Shown piece after piece: positions 29,820 to 41,559 of a stretch of 64,000 nucleotides of DNA (position 1 is its first letter; every line of letters starts with the position of its first letter). The stretch is from Alphaproteobacteria bacterium (GTDB lineage: Bacteria; Pseudomonadota; Alphaproteobacteria; Micavibrionales; Micavibrionaceae). Location: contig NZDE01000011.1 in assembly GCA_002690045.1 (NCBI GenBank), forward strand, positions 88,582 through 152,581, given 5' to 3'. A program made the position numbers and the translations under genes. The notes under the pieces are model-generated. The model ran no database searches, was not told where the DNA came from, and saw only the letters and a program-made list of their open reading frames with translations.

Positions 29820-32573
29820 ATGCTGTTAAATTTAGCGACAAAAATATTTGGTTCCAGCAATGAACGCCAACTCAAAAAAATGCGTGTTTATGTTGAGAAA
29901 ATTAATGCACTCGAGCCTGAATTTGAAAAACTGGACGATGCCGCGCTAAAAGGAAAAACAGCCGAATTCAGGACACGTCTAAAAAATGGCGAAACCGAAG
30001 ATGATATTTTGGTTGAAGCATTTGCAACAGTACGCGAGGCCGCAAAGCGCAGCCTTGGCCTACGCCCGTTTGATGTGCAGTTAATTGGTGGCCTTGCCCT
30101 TCACAAAGGGATTATCGCCGAAATGCGTACAGGTGAAGGTAAAACACTTGTTGCGACCCTACCCGCTTATTTGAATGCTATATCTGGTAAAGGTGTGCAT
30201 GTCGTTACTGTGAACGATTACCTTGCTGAACGTGACTCCGCATGGATGGCACAAGTTTATGAGTTTCTTGGCCTTAGCGTTGGCTGCATCACATCAAATA
30301 TTCGTGATGATGCGCGCCGTGCGGCATATAACGCAGATATTACTTACGGTACAAATAACGAATTTGGCTTTGATTATCTGCGCGATAACATGAAGTTTAG
30401 CCTAAACGAAATGGTGCAGCGCCCTTATAACTTCGCGATTATCGATGAGGTTGACTCGATCTTGGTTGATGAAGCGCGAACGCCGCTTATTATCTCTGGC
30501 CCGTCTGAAAGTTCACCAGAACTATATGTTCAAGTGGATAAGCTTATCCCTATGCTGACTGAAGATGATTACGAATTAGATGAGAAAATGAAGTCTATCT
30601 CACTAAACGATCAAGGTTCAGAGCATATTGAACAATTGCTAAAAGATCACAATCTTCTTACAGATGAAGAAGGCCTTTATGATGCGCAGAACATTATGCT
30701 TGTACATCACGTCAACCAAGCATTGCGTGCGCACAAATTATTTGAAGGTGATAAAGATTATATCGTTAAAGACGGTAAAGTCGTTCTAATTGATGAGTTT
30801 ACAGGCCGAATGATGGAAGGTCGTCGTTTCTCTGACGGCTTACACCAAGCGTTAGAAGCACGTGAAGGTGTTGAAATCCAGCAAGAAAACCAAACACTTG
30901 CCTCCGTAACATTCCAAAACTTCTTCCGTATGTACCCTAAAATTGGCGGTATGACTGGTACAGCACAAACTGAAGCTACCGAATTTATGGAGATTTATAA
31001 ACTTGGCGTGTTGGCTATCCCAACAAATGTGCCAGTATCTCGTATTGACCATGATGATGAAATTTATAAGTCTCTGGCCGATAAAGAGATTGCTATTCTT
31101 GAGCGCATTAAAAATGCACATGAGAAAAAACAGCCTGTATTGGTCGGTACTGTTTCAATCGAAAAATCTGAATCATTATCCCGCACATTGAAAAAGCATA
31201 AAATACCGCATCACGTATTGAATGCACGTTATCACGAGCAAGAGGCTTATATTATCGGACAAGCCGGTGTTCCTGGCGCTGTAACAATCGCTACAAATAT
31301 GGCGGGTCGTGGTACAGATATTAAGCTTGGTGGTAACCTGGAAATGCGCGCGCAGCAAGAAATCCCTGCGGATACACCTGAAGATAAACGCAGCGCAATG
31401 ATTGAAGAAATCAAAGCTGAAATCGCCGAAAACGAAAAATTCGTTAAAGAAATGGGCGGTTTGATGGTTATTGGTACAGAACGCCATGAAAGCCGTCGTA
31501 TTGATAACCAGCTACGTGGTCGCTGTGGTCGTCAAGGTGACCCTGGTGAGACTATTTTCTATCTTTCTGTTGAAGATGACCTTATGCGTATCTTCTCGCC
31601 AGAAGCTTTGGAGGCGGTGCTTAGTAACGCAGCGATTGGCCTACGTGACGGTGAAGCCCTAACCCACCCATGGTTAAGTAAAGCACTTGAAAAAGCGCAG
31701 GCGCGCGTCGAACGTCAGAACTTTGAAATTCGTAAGAACCTTCTTAAATTTGACGATGTAATGAACGACCAGCGTAAAATTATTTACGAGCAGCGCCGTG
31801 ACATCATGGATAGTGATAGCGTTGAGGATTTGGTCAAAGATATCCGCCATGATGTAATTGAAAGCGTTGTACAGACATCTATCCCAAAAGGCAGCTATGC
31901 TGAACAGTGGCAGACTGATCACCTTAAAAATGAAACAATGCGCTTACTTGGCCTTGACCTTCCTATTGATGAATGGGCACAAGAAGAAGGCATTGCGGAT
32001 AATGAAATATTAGAGCGCATCATTGAAGCGTCTGATAAAAAGATGGATGAAAAGGCAGAAAAATCTGGCCGTGAATTTTTCCGCGAGATTGAAAAATCGT
32101 TTGTTCTACAAACAATTGATAACGCATGGAAAGACCACCTTCTTCAGCTTGATCACCTTCGCCAAGGCATTAACCTGCGCGCAATTGGTCAGCGTGACCC
32201 ATTAAACGAATTCAAGACTGAAGCCTTTTCAATGTTTGAAACGATGCTGACAAATATGAGTGAGAACATCACGCAGAATTTGAGCGTTGTTGAATTTAAC
32301 CTTGATGCCGAAGCGTTACAAAAACTAGTTGATGAATACCAAGAACAACAAAACGCAAAAACAGGCCGTGCACTTTCGCCAGATCAAGCTGATGGCGCAC
32401 CTGTTGCCCCGCAACAGCCCTCAGCGACAATCATCAAGCCATCATTTGATAAGAATGATCCGGACACATGGGGCAAAGTGCCACGTAATGCAGACTGCCC
32501 ATGCGGTAGCGGTAAAAAATATAAGCATTGCCACGGTAAAATCGTTTCACAGAAAATGGTTAGCATTGCATAG
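29820..32573 (+). CDS. secA: preprotein translocase ATPase SecA
   Basis: MRTGEGKTL Walker [20 protein letters not shown], and a C-terminal zinc motif [14 protein letters not shown]. 917 aa. Confidence 0.97.
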   Translation: MLLNLATKIFGSSNERQLKKMRVYVEKINALEPEFEKLDDAALKGKTAEFRTRLKNGETEDDILVEAFATVREAAKRSLGLRPFDVQLIGGLALHKGIIAEMRTGEGKTLVATLPAYLNAISGKGVHVVTVNDYLAERDSAWMAQVYEFLGLSVGCITSNIRDDARRAAYNADITYGTNNEFGFDYLRDNMKFSLNEMVQRPYNFAIIDEVDSILVDEARTPLIISGPSESSPELYVQVDKLIPMLTEDDYELDEKMKSISLNDQGSEHIEQLLKDHNLLTDEEGLYDAQNIMLVHHVNQALRAHKLFEGDKDYIVKDGKVVLIDEFTGRMMEGRRFSDGLHQALEAREGVEIQQENQTLASVTFQNFFRMYPKIGGMTGTAQTEATEFMEIYKLGVLAIPTNVPVSRIDHDDEIYKSLADKEIAILERIKNAHEKKQPVLVGTVSIEKSESLSRTLKKHKIPHHVLNARYHEQEAYIIGQAGVPGAVTIATNMAGRGTDIKLGGNLEMRAQQEIPADTPEDKRSAMIEEIKAEIAENEKFVKEMGGLMVIGTERHESRRIDNQLRGRCGRQGDPGETIFYLSVEDDLMRIFSPEALEAVLSNAAIGLRDGEALTHPWLSKALEKAQARVERQNFEIRKNLLKFDDVMNDQRKIIYEQRRDIMDSDSVEDLVKDIRHDVIESVVQTSIPKGSYAEQWQTDHLKNETMRLLGLDLPIDEWAQEEGIADNEILERIIEASDKKMDEKAEKSGREFFREIEKSFVLQTIDNAWKDHLLQLDHLRQGINLRAIGQRDPLNEFKTEAFSMFETMLTNMSENITQNLSVVEFNLDAEALQKLVDEYQEQQNAKTGRALSPDQADGAPVAPQQPSATIIKPSFDKNDPDTWGKVPRNADCPCGSGKKYKHCHGKIVSQKMVSIA

Positions 32574-32590
32574 GGCTATAAAGACTTAGC

Positions 32591-33778
32591 TTATATACCT
32601 ACGCTCGGTACAATTCTTGCCTGCTCATGTGTCTGACGAACCTTCTGTAAGTGTGGGAAGTGTTTTTCAACCAAAATACGTAGCCCGTCTGTATCTTTGG
32701 CCTGCCTTGACTCTAAGCCATATATATATACGCGGGCGTAATCTTCCATGATCGCGGCTTGCTGCTCAACCGAATAATGCGCAAACAAGAACTTTTCGTT
32801 ATCAATTGGATACGCATATTTATCTGGCTCATTAACAAAATGCTCATTGGTATGTGCCCGCGCCGTTTGGAACTGCCAAATATGCGTCAATTCATGCGCA
32901 AAACTCCCTAAAACAAACGCATTATCACTATTCGTGAAATCATCCATCTGCGCAGCCCCGTCATTATTGGCAAAATACGTGATTAAATTATGCTTAGATG
33001 CATGCGCCGCGCGATCACTACACTCTATGCGGCTCATATGAATACGTATAATACTCGTATCTATCTGGCCTGCGAAAAGTTCATGTGTAAGCTTCTTCTC
33101 GTTTTCAGTTAAGAATCGTGTGGTTGGCGCTTCTAAGAAATATCGCTGCCATTTTAGTATGGGGAAGCGTGGTTCAATAAGATCTGCGAGGTAACTATGT
33201 GTTTTACAATTATTTACGCCATATTCTGCCTGCCCAAGAAAATAACTATGTGAGGGATGCGTAAAGCGTGTTACATAATCAGCGAAAGCCGCAGCTTGCT
33301 GATACGGCCCAAGGTCATCATAGTCGATTTTAAAATTTAAAGGATATATAGTACTGCTATCTATATTTGCTGGGTACTGCGTTTCCACGCTATTCTGCCA
33401 CAAGCGATGCGTGGCAAAAAGAAACGCGTTAATTTTCTTCGGTTCAGCTTCTTGGCTATAATCCGCACTATAATTATCAACACCGAAAAAACGGATTGAT
33501 TTTTCATCTGTGCCGTCTGCATCCGCGGGTCTTTCGTCATGCGCTGTCTTATAAGCATATATTTTCGTATTTTGAATATTTATGTCTGACCCATAATATT
33601 TCGCGATGAGTTTCTTTTCGCCATCCGTTATATCACGCGTTTCATAAGGACTCTCAGCCATTTCAGTATAAAAACTTTGTGATGGCATATTATTTACATC
33701 ATAAGTGATGGGGCTTGTGTACAGACAAGCCGTAGCAAAGAAAGCCAGTTTTAATGTAAAACCTGTTTTGCGCCCCAT
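32591..33778 (-). CDS. putative lipoprotein with tandem zincin-like domains (second copy carries HELTH)
   Basis: Lipobox FATAC at aa 14-18. Internal duplication: aa ~48-173 vs ~221-351. HExxH (FAHELTHIWQ, aa 293-302) is present only in repeat 2. GGGAG Shine-Dalgarno upstream. Confidence 0.6.
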   Translation of the reverse strand: MGRKTGFTLKLAFFATACLYTSPITYDVNNMPSQSFYTEMAESPYETRDITDGEKKLIAKYYGSDINIQNTKIYAYKTAHDERPADADGTDEKSIRFFGVDNYSADYSQEAEPKKINAFLFATHRLWQNSVETQYPANIDSSTIYPLNFKIDYDDLGPYQQAAAFADYVTRFTHPSHSYFLGQAEYGVNNCKTHSYLADLIEPRFPILKWQRYFLEAPTTRFLTENEKKLTHELFAGQIDTSIIRIHMSRIECSDRAAHASKHNLITYFANNDGAAQMDDFTNSDNAFVLGSFAHELTHIWQFQTARAHTNEHFVNEPDKYAYPIDNEKFLFAHYSVEQQAAIMEDYARVYIYGLESRQAKDTDGLRILVEKHFPHLQKVRQTHEQARIVPSVGI

Positions 33779-33869
33779 AAGCGCTCCCTATATATATTTT
33801 TTTATTATATAGGGAAGGATTACACAACATTTTCATAATGTCAAGTAATTGAGGGCGCTAGAATAGCGA

Positions 33870-35927
33870 CTATTCAGCCGCCAACTTGTTAGATTCACCA
33901 GAAACAAAAGCATCCGAACATGCACGCATAACAGCAGAAGCGCGGCAAATAACATTCGTCATATAGAAATTATCAACATCAGCAGTAAACTTCGCTTTTG
34001 TTAACTTGCCCTTACCGCCCAGACCTGACCACTCAGCGGCAGTAATTTCATCAAGTTGTGGCATCGCTGCATAATTATCACGAATAGACTTACGAAGCTC
34101 GTAAAGGTCATTATACGGTAAAGCACAGTCCAATGCGTCAGACAAAGCACGAATAATTGCCCAGTCCTCTTTCGCTTCGCCAGGGGCTGACACAGCTTTA
34201 TGCGCGCGTTGTAAACGCCCTTCTGTGTTCATATAAGATGCATCTTTTTCGCTATAGGCCGCCGCAGGGAAAATAATATCTGCATGTGATGCGCCTAAAT
34301 CACCGTGATGGCCTTGATAAATTTTGAACGTCTTTTTGCCTAGGCCAGAAATAACATCCGCATCATCAACGCCCATTAAATAAATCACATCCAATTTATC
34401 ATCAGCTGATGCTTTAACAATTTTGGCTATATCCATCCCGCCCTTTTGCGGTACAAAGCCAATTTCCAAAGCACCAACGCGCCCAGCTGCCGTATGAAGA
34501 GCGTTAAAGCCATTCCAGTCTTTGCGGACAACTTTATGCTTATCGCAAAGTTTCTCAACTTCTGCCATTACAGCCGATAAGTCGCTACGCTTATAAACCG
34601 CATTACCAACAATAATTACGGGGCTCTTGCTGCCTTTGAGGAATTTATCAGCAGCCGCAAAACCATCCGCATTATCAGCCAGGTGCGTGTATGGGTAATT
34701 AAGGTCACACGCCTCACCCAAAACAGCAACCTTCACGCGCTTTGCAAGCCACGTCTTGCGAATACGTGCATTAATCATAGCCGCTTCGGTACGAGGGTTC
34801 GTGCCAATCAACACAATACTGTCAGCCTGCTCAAGGCCTTCAATTGTCGTGTTAAATAAATACGCTGCGCGGTTATCTGTTGGATATAGCGCACCATCAA
34901 CACGGCAATCCATATTTGGCACCCCAAGTTTCGCCATCAGATCTTTAAGCGCGGTAACCGCCTCAACATCGGCCAAGTCACCGACGAGCGCGGCAATAGA
35001 TTTCGCATCCGCGGCTTTAATCTTCTTCGCAGCGAGGGCGAGTGCTTCGCTCCAACTTGCTTCTTCTAACTTTTTGGTGCGGCCATTACGAATATATGGA
35101 CGGTCAAGACGCCCTGCCGCAAGGCCATCAAGGGCGTAACGTGTTTTATCAGCAATCCATTCTTCGTTCACCGCTTCATTCAAACGCGGCATAACGCGCA
35201 TTACTTCACGGCCACGTGCATCAATGCGAATATTTGAACCAACGGCGTCATGCACGTCAATAGATTGTGTTTTCTTGAGTTCCCATGGACGCGCTTTATA
35301 TGCGTATGGTTTGTTAGTTAGTGCACCGACAGGACAAACATCAACTAAATTGCCAGACAGCTCACTGTCAATTGACTTTTCGATAAAAGTTGTGATTTCA
35401 GCATCTTCACCACGGTGTAATTGACCAATATCATCCACGCCTGCGATTTCTTCGGCGAAACGTACACAGCGCGTACAGTTAATACAACGTGTCATTACGG
35501 TTTCAACCAATGGGCCGAGTTCTTTGTCTTTTACTGAACGTTTTGTTTCATGGTAGCGAGAACGGTCATAGCCATAGGCAACAGCTTGGTCTTGCAAATC
35601 ACATTCACCGCCTTGGTCACAAATTGGGCAATCTAGTGGGTGGTTGATCAGCAAGAATTCCATCACGCCCTGACGCGCTTTTTTGGCACGTGGGGATTCT
35701 GTATGGACAACCATGCCATCGCCGCAAGCCATTGCACATGAAGCGACAGGCTTTGGTGCGCCTTCTAAGTCGACCAGACACATACGGCAGTTTGCCGGTA
35801 CGGTTAAACGGTCATGGTAACAAAAGCGCGGTATTTCAACGCCGATTTCTTCAGCCGCCTGTAGAATAGACGTGCCTGGTTCGACTTCAATTTCAACACC
35901 GTTAATTGTTAACTTAGGCATATTCAC
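33870..35927 (-). CDS. nuoG: NADH-quinone oxidoreductase subunit G
   Basis: N-terminal 2Fe-2S and 4Fe-4S cysteine clusters (CYHDRL..CRMCLV, HPLDCPICDQGGECDLQ, CINCTRCVRF). 685 aa. Confidence 0.95.
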   Translation of the reverse strand: MNMPKLTINGVEIEVEPGTSILQAAEEIGVEIPRFCYHDRLTVPANCRMCLVDLEGAPKPVASCAMACGDGMVVHTESPRAKKARQGVMEFLLINHPLDCPICDQGGECDLQDQAVAYGYDRSRYHETKRSVKDKELGPLVETVMTRCINCTRCVRFAEEIAGVDDIGQLHRGEDAEITTFIEKSIDSELSGNLVDVCPVGALTNKPYAYKARPWELKKTQSIDVHDAVGSNIRIDARGREVMRVMPRLNEAVNEEWIADKTRYALDGLAAGRLDRPYIRNGRTKKLEEASWSEALALAAKKIKAADAKSIAALVGDLADVEAVTALKDLMAKLGVPNMDCRVDGALYPTDNRAAYLFNTTIEGLEQADSIVLIGTNPRTEAAMINARIRKTWLAKRVKVAVLGEACDLNYPYTHLADNADGFAAADKFLKGSKSPVIIVGNAVYKRSDLSAVMAEVEKLCDKHKVVRKDWNGFNALHTAAGRVGALEIGFVPQKGGMDIAKIVKASADDKLDVIYLMGVDDADVISGLGKKTFKIYQGHHGDLGASHADIIFPAAAYSEKDASYMNTEGRLQRAHKAVSAPGEAKEDWAIIRALSDALDCALPYNDLYELRKSIRDNYAAMPQLDEITAAEWSGLGGKGKLTKAKFTADVDNFYMTNVICRASAVMRACSDAFVSGESNKLAAE

Positions 35928-35964
35928 TCACCATATATCTTGTCGTTAATTCTTATTACTCAAT

Positions 35965-36456
35965 TTATTGAACACGGATTTCGCCATCATGCTTTGGTGC
36001 ATTTATATCCACACCATCAAGGACAAAACCACATTCTTTGGTAAACCCACGTTTAAATACAAAATCCAAATAATTCTTCTGCAGACGCTCAAAGTAATGA
36101 ATGTCTTTTTCTTTGGTTATTAATTCTTCAACCTTCACACAGCAGGACTTTGAAATATCGGCGATTTGATCACCAGAAAATTCACTGCGCACCTTTCTAA
36201 ACATACATTGACACGCTTTAAGGGCATGAGATTTAAACCCTGCCATCTTTTCTGGTGACAATGTTGATACATCAAACTGATACATATACTGCTTAGAGCA
36301 GCTTTCAATATAGATACGCTCTAAGTGCTGCTTCGCGGCGTCAGAACTAAACTTCTTCGCATCTTCAGCATGCGCAGCATTATACACGCCGCATAGCGCG
36401 ATAAACGCCATGGTCAATGCGGATAATACTAATTTTTGCACAAATGCCTGTAACAC
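35965..36456 (-). CDS. hypothetical secreted Cys-rich protein inside the nuo operon
   Basis: GTG start preceded by an AGAGG-containing Shine-Dalgarno right after the nuoF stop. Signal peptide ending AHA/ED. Six Cys in the mature part, including CQC and CC pairs. Confidence 0.55.
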   Translation of the reverse strand: MLQAFVQKLVLSALTMAFIALCGVYNAAHAEDAKKFSSDAAKQHLERIYIESCSKQYMYQFDVSTLSPEKMAGFKSHALKACQCMFRKVRSEFSGDQIADISKSCCVKVEELITKEKDIHYFERLQKNYLDFVFKRGFTKECGFVLDGVDINAPKHDGEIRVQ

Positions 36457-36476
36457 GATGTTTAGCCTCTTTCCCT

Positions 36477-37763
36477 TTAAGCTGCAAACGCGGCTTGTTT
36501 GCGGTATTCCATGATACGGCGTTCAAGCTCAGGACGGAAATGACGTATCAACCCTTGTACCGGCCATGCAGCAGCATCACCTAGCGCACAAATTGTGTGG
36601 CCTTCAATTTCCTTTGTCACATCATAAAGCTGGTCAATCTCATCAATGGTCGCTTTACCATCAACCATGCGCATCATCATGCGCCATAACCAGCCCGAAC
36701 CTTCACGACATGGTGTACATTGCCCGCAAGATTCATGCATATAGAACATTGATAAACGCGCAATGGCGTAAACAATGTCCGTCGATTTATCCATGACAAT
36801 CACGCCTGCTGTACCTAGGCCTGAGCCCGCATTACGTAACGAATCAAAGTCCATTTTAATGTCATCACAAACATCCTTTGGTAGAAGCGGCGTAGAAGAC
36901 CCGCCCGGAATAACCGCCAAAAGGTTATCCCAACCACCACGAACGCCGCCGCAATGCTTTTCGATAAGCTCTTTTAGTGGGATACCCATTTCTTCTTCAA
37001 CGTTACATGGATTATCGACATGACCTGAAATACAAAAAAGCTTTGTGCCAGTATTCTTCTCATCCGCGCCTAGTCCTGCGAACCATGCTCCGCCGCGGCG
37101 GAGGATTTCAGGAACGGACGCAATTGTTTCAACATTGTTCACTGTAGTTGGGCAGCTATAAAGCCCTGCCATTGCCGGGAATGGCGGCTTATTACGTGGC
37201 TGCCCTTTTTTACCTTCAAGACTTTCAATCAGTGCGGTTTCTTCACCGCATATATAAGCACCTGCGCCGCGGTGTACATATACATCAAAATCCCAACCGG
37301 ATTTCGCGGCGTTCTTACCAAGAAGGCCAGCATCATAAGCTTCTTTAATTGCGACATTCAGTGCAGATGCTTCATTATAAAACTCACCACGCACATAAAT
37401 ATAAGCCGCATGTGCGCCCATCGCGAAACCTGCAAGCAACGCACCTTCAACCAATTTATGTGGTTCATTACGCAGAATATCACGGTCTTTACATGTGCCC
37501 GGCTCAGATTCATCTGCGTTGATAACTAAATAATGTGGCTTACCTGAATCCTTAGGCATGAATGACCATTTCAAACCTGTCGGGAAGCCCGCGCCACCAC
37601 GACCACGCAGGCCAGATGCTTTAACTTCGTTGATAATCCAGTCCGCGCCTTTTTTGATAAAGCTTGCGGTTTTATCCCAGTCACCACGCTTTTGCGCGTC
37701 TTTGAGGGAGAACGACTCAAAGCCATAAAGATTAGTGTATATACGGTCTTTATCCTGCAACAT
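36477..37763 (-). CDS. nuoF: NADH-quinone oxidoreductase subunit F
   Basis: [20 protein letters not shown] motif and [12 protein letters not shown] 4Fe-4S motif. Confidence 0.97.
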   Translation of the reverse strand: MLQDKDRIYTNLYGFESFSLKDAQKRGDWDKTASFIKKGADWIINEVKASGLRGRGGAGFPTGLKWSFMPKDSGKPHYLVINADESEPGTCKDRDILRNEPHKLVEGALLAGFAMGAHAAYIYVRGEFYNEASALNVAIKEAYDAGLLGKNAAKSGWDFDVYVHRGAGAYICGEETALIESLEGKKGQPRNKPPFPAMAGLYSCPTTVNNVETIASVPEILRRGGAWFAGLGADEKNTGTKLFCISGHVDNPCNVEEEMGIPLKELIEKHCGGVRGGWDNLLAVIPGGSSTPLLPKDVCDDIKMDFDSLRNAGSGLGTAGVIVMDKSTDIVYAIARLSMFYMHESCGQCTPCREGSGWLWRMMMRMVDGKATIDEIDQLYDVTKEIEGHTICALGDAAAWPVQGLIRHFRPELERRIMEYRKQAAFAA

Positions 37764-37787
37764 CTTGCAAATCCTTTACCTTTAAAC

Positions 37788-38447
37788 TCAAACCACTTTT
37801 GCCTTTTTGGCTTCGTCCATCAATGTTGTTGGGCCTGATGCCGCCATTGATGCCTTACGGCCTGTTTGTGAGCCCACGCTCACTTTTCTGCCGGCCTTAA
37901 GATCATCAAGGATCTTAATCATCAATTCTTCATTGAGGTCTTCATAATAATCATCATTGATTTGCACCATTGGCGCGTTGACACATGCACCAAGGCATTC
38001 AACTTCCATCAATGTGAACAAGCCATCATCAGTACTGTCCCAAAGCTTGATCCCCAAATGATCTTCACAAACTTTTTTGATTTTGCCTGCGCCACATAAC
38101 CAGCATGGTGATGTCCCGCAAATCTGCACAAGATACTTACCGACTGGGGCAAGGTTGTACATTGAGTAGAAAGTCGCGACTTCATATACCTTCATTGGCG
38201 GCATATCGAGCACTTCGGCGATATGATCCATTGCCGCTTTAGGAATCCAGCCACCATATGGCTTATCAGCCTTTGCGCCATCTTCCGCAACTTGACGCTG
38301 CGCAAGGTCTAGCAAGCCCATTACAGCACTTTGCTGCTTACCTTTAGGGTAATTGGCTATAATTTCAGCAGACTTCTTTTTAAACGCCGGACGGAATTTA
38401 AAATCCTTCGGCTGATAATCTGCGTTAAGGTCAAATGGTTTTCTCAT
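37788..38447 (-). CDS. nuoE: NADH-quinone oxidoreductase subunit E
   Basis: 2Fe-2S motifs CGTSPC and CLGAC. Overlaps the nuoD stop (ATGA). Confidence 0.95.
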   Translation of the reverse strand: MRKPFDLNADYQPKDFKFRPAFKKKSAEIIANYPKGKQQSAVMGLLDLAQRQVAEDGAKADKPYGGWIPKAAMDHIAEVLDMPPMKVYEVATFYSMYNLAPVGKYLVQICGTSPCWLCGAGKIKKVCEDHLGIKLWDSTDDGLFTLMEVECLGACVNAPMVQINDDYYEDLNEELMIKILDDLKAGRKVSVGSQTGRKASMAASGPTTLMDEAKKAKVV

Positions 38448-39667
38448 CGGTCAATTTCTCCAAAAACGATATCGAGCGAGCCAATTACGGATACCGCATC
38501 AGCAAGCATATGCCCCTTGGACATGAATTCAAAACCTTGCAAGTGCAAGAAACCCGGCGCACGTATATGGCAACGATATGGACGGTTTGAACCATCCGAC
38601 ACCAAATAAACCGCAAACTCACCTTTTGGCGCTTCAACAGCGGTATAAGTCTCGCCTGCCGGCACGTGATAGCCTTCAGTGAAAAGTTTGAAATGGTGGA
38701 TCAATGCTTCCATTGACTGTTTCATTTCAGCGCGTGGCGGCGGCGCAACTTTGTAATCATTTACCATGACGTCGCCTTTAGGCATTTGCTCTAAACACTG
38801 TTTCATGATTTTGATGGACTCGTACATCTCGGCAACGCGCACAAGGTAACGGGCATAACAATCCCCTGTTTTACCGACGGGCACATTGAAGTCCATTTTA
38901 TCGTAAACATCATAAGGCTGAGATTTACGCAGATCCCATGCAACGCCAGAGCCACGAAGCATTGGGCCAGAAAAGCCCCAATCTAACGCTTCTGATTTTT
39001 TCACTATGCCAATATCAACTGTACGCTGTTTAAAGATACGGTTTTCACTGAGCAAACCTTCCAAGTCCGCAATATGTTTCGGAAGTTGTTCTAGCCAATC
39101 CATCATATCCTCGGCTAGGCCCGCGGGCATATCCTGCGCCACGCCGCCTGTACGGAAATAGTTTGCGTGCAGGCGTGCACCACAGACGCGCTCATAGAAC
39201 TCCATGCCCTTCTCACGCTCTTCAAACATCCAAAGCGCTGGCGTAATTGCACCAACATCAAGGGCGAATGTTGTCAGGTTCAAAAGGTGGTTCAAAATAC
39301 GGCCATGTTCAGCAAAAAGAACACGAATATACTGGCCGCGCTCAGGCACAGTAATGCCCAAAAGCTTTTCAGTCGCCAAGGCAAATGCATGTTCTTGATT
39401 CATTGGCGCAACGTAATCAAGACGGTCAAAATATGGCAGTGCCTGCATATAGGTTTTGTATTCGATTAGCTTTTCTGTACCACGGTGCAACAAACCAATA
39501 TGCGGGTCAGCGCGCTCAACGACTTCGCCATCCATCTCAAGAACAAGACGAAGCACACCGTGCGCAGCAGGGTGCTGTGGACCAAAGTTAAATGTGAATG
39601 GCTTGATTTGTGTTTCAGTTGAACAATCAACAGCTTCGGTAATTTTTTCTAATGCATTCATGTTCAA
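38444..39667 (-). CDS. nuoD: NADH-quinone oxidoreductase subunit D
   Basis: [16 protein letters not shown]-terminal signature and C-terminal DIVFGEIDR. Confidence 0.97.
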   Translation of the reverse strand: MNMNALEKITEAVDCSTETQIKPFTFNFGPQHPAAHGVLRLVLEMDGEVVERADPHIGLLHRGTEKLIEYKTYMQALPYFDRLDYVAPMNQEHAFALATEKLLGITVPERGQYIRVLFAEHGRILNHLLNLTTFALDVGAITPALWMFEEREKGMEFYERVCGARLHANYFRTGGVAQDMPAGLAEDMMDWLEQLPKHIADLEGLLSENRIFKQRTVDIGIVKKSEALDWGFSGPMLRGSGVAWDLRKSQPYDVYDKMDFNVPVGKTGDCYARYLVRVAEMYESIKIMKQCLEQMPKGDVMVNDYKVAPPPRAEMKQSMEALIHHFKLFTEGYHVPAGETYTAVEAPKGEFAVYLVSDGSNRPYRCHIRAPGFLHLQGFEFMSKGHMLADAVSVIGSLDIVFGEIDR

Positions 39668-39668
39668 A

Positions 39669-40379
39669 TTACTCCTTGCCTGCCAATTCTACTTTGCTTG
39701 GCGTCCAGCCGAACTCTGGCTTCACACCTTTTTCATCCCCTGGGAGCTGAATATTCGTCATACCTTCCCATGGGCTAACATTATCAAATGAGCGGAAATC
39801 TTGTGTAAGCTCAACAGGCTCATAGACAACACGCTTTTCTTCTTCGCTATAGCGTAATTCTACATAGCCCGTTAACGGAAAATCTTTGCGCAAAGGATGC
39901 CCATCAAAGCCATAATCTGTCAAAATGCGGCGTAAATCAGCGTGGTTAGCGAAAGCTACACCAAATAGATCAAACACTTCGCGTTCCATCCAACCCGCTG
40001 AGCTAAATACAGATGTTGCCGATGGGACAATATCTGTTTCACTTGCCGTTGTCTTTAAACGAATACGGTCATTATTGGTCAGAGACAGCAAATTATAAAC
40101 GATTGAAAAACGTTCTGTATGATCAGGATAATCCACGGCTGTCACATTCATTAATTGTGTAAAGCGGCAGCGCGCATCATCACGCAAGAATTTCAGTACA
40201 TAGCAAATATCTTCGCGCTGAACATTAAGGCACAATTCATCTTTTTGCCATTCACGTGATACCAAGTAATCTTTTAAATTAAGGGCAATATATTGCGCAA
40301 GCTCATCACGTGATGCTTGTAGGCAGTCATCATCGTCATGTGTTGTAACGTCGTTATTTTCAGTCGTTTCTGTCATCAT
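39669..40379 (-). CDS. nuoC: NADH-quinone oxidoreductase subunit C
   Basis: [38 protein letters not shown] signature. Confidence 0.95.
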   Translation of the reverse strand: MMTETTENNDVTTHDDDDCLQASRDELAQYIALNLKDYLVSREWQKDELCLNVQREDICYVLKFLRDDARCRFTQLMNVTAVDYPDHTERFSIVYNLLSLTNNDRIRLKTTASETDIVPSATSVFSSAGWMEREVFDLFGVAFANHADLRRILTDYGFDGHPLRKDFPLTGYVELRYSEEEKRVVYEPVELTQDFRSFDNVSPWEGMTNIQLPGDEKGVKPEFGWTPSKVELAGKE

Positions 40380-40397
40380 AAATATCCTAATGAGCGA

Positions 40398-40973
40398 TTA
40401 GCGAATGATACGCGTATCTTCGCGCTGAATTTTCTTTTGCAGCTGTAATAAGCCATAGACCAAAGCTTCCGCCGTTGGTGGGCAGCCCGGTACATATATA
40501 TCAACTGGTACAATACGGTCACAGCCGCGTACAACAGAATATGAGTAATGGTAATACCCACCGCCATTCGCACATGACCCCATAGAAACCACCCAACGTG
40601 GCTCAGGCATTTGGTCATAAACCTTACGCAATGCAGGTGCCATTTTGTTCGTAAGCGTGCCCGCAACAATCATAACGTCTGACTGTCGTGGTGATGGTCG
40701 TGGAATCATACCAAAGCGGTCAAGGTCATAACGGCTCATATAAGCGTGGATCATTTCCACCGCGCAACATGCCAAACCAAATGTCATTGGCCACATTGAC
40801 CCCGTACGTGCCCAGTCAAAAAGCTTGTCAGCCTGTGTAAGCAAATAGCCCTTTTCTTGCACATGCTTATTAATTGCCGCAGCAACAACATCTTGCTGCT
40901 CAGCTGGCGGCAGCTTTGCATTGCTTTGCAAATCATAAGACGGCGCAATTAAATTATGACGATCATGTCCCAT
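40398..40973 (-). CDS. nuoB: NADH-quinone oxidoreductase subunit B
   Basis: [18 protein letters not shown] and VPGCPP cluster N2 motifs. Confidence 0.97.
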   Translation of the reverse strand: MGHDRHNLIAPSYDLQSNAKLPPAEQQDVVAAAINKHVQEKGYLLTQADKLFDWARTGSMWPMTFGLACCAVEMIHAYMSRYDLDRFGMIPRPSPRQSDVMIVAGTLTNKMAPALRKVYDQMPEPRWVVSMGSCANGGGYYHYSYSVVRGCDRIVPVDIYVPGCPPTAEALVYGLLQLQKKIQREDTRIIR

Positions 40974-41015
40974 TGTATAAAACCTTATATTCTTGTTTAT
41001 ATGGCGCGGTTAGGA

Positions 41016-41387
41016 TTATTCCCAATCCAGTGCGCCTTTATTCCATTCGTAAATAAAGCCGATAGTTAGCACACCAAGGAAAACCATCATCGACCAGAAT
41101 CCAAACATACCTATCTCACCCAGTGAAATCGCCCAAGGAAAAAGGAAGGCAATCTCAAGGTCAAAAATAATGAAAAGAATCGCAACAAGGTAATAACGAA
41201 CGTCAAATTTGCTATGTGCGTCTGAAAAAGCCTCAAAACCACATTCATATGCAGACAGCTTTTCAGGGTCAGGATTTCTCTTCCCGACGATAATAGACGC
41301 CAAGAACATAACTAGCGATAGTCCCGCCGCAATAAAGATAAAGATCAAAACTGGAAGATACTCCAGTAGAAATTCATTTGTTGCCAT
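41016..41387 (-). CDS. nuoA: NADH-quinone oxidoreductase subunit A
   Basis: Three TM helices, YECGF motif and [10 protein letters not shown]. The ATG at 41387 gives the usual ~123 aa; the track ORF extends to 41444. Confidence 0.93.
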   Translation of the reverse strand: MATNEFLLEYLPVLIFIFIAAGLSLVMFLASIIVGKRNPDPEKLSAYECGFEAFSDAHSKFDVRYYLVAILFIIFDLEIAFLFPWAISLGEIGMFGFWSMMVFLGVLTIGFIYEWNKGALDWE

Positions 41388-41559
41388 GATTCTTTCCTTC
41401 AATTCAATGCGCCGATAGTTTATCGGAAATGGAACATAGTTCATAGCCCTTTCCTACTATTGATTCACTGGTTTTTCTACTATGTTACAAATATTTGCAT
41501 TTACATAATTGTTGTGCTAGCATCTGCCGATTATAAAAAAATCTTTTAATGGTGTAAAA

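Noticed and set aside
40376-40669. 97-aa ORF overlapping nuoB in another frame
   Set aside because: NuoB motifs (CCAVEM, CANGGG, GCPP) are in the other frame, so this is a shadow ORF.
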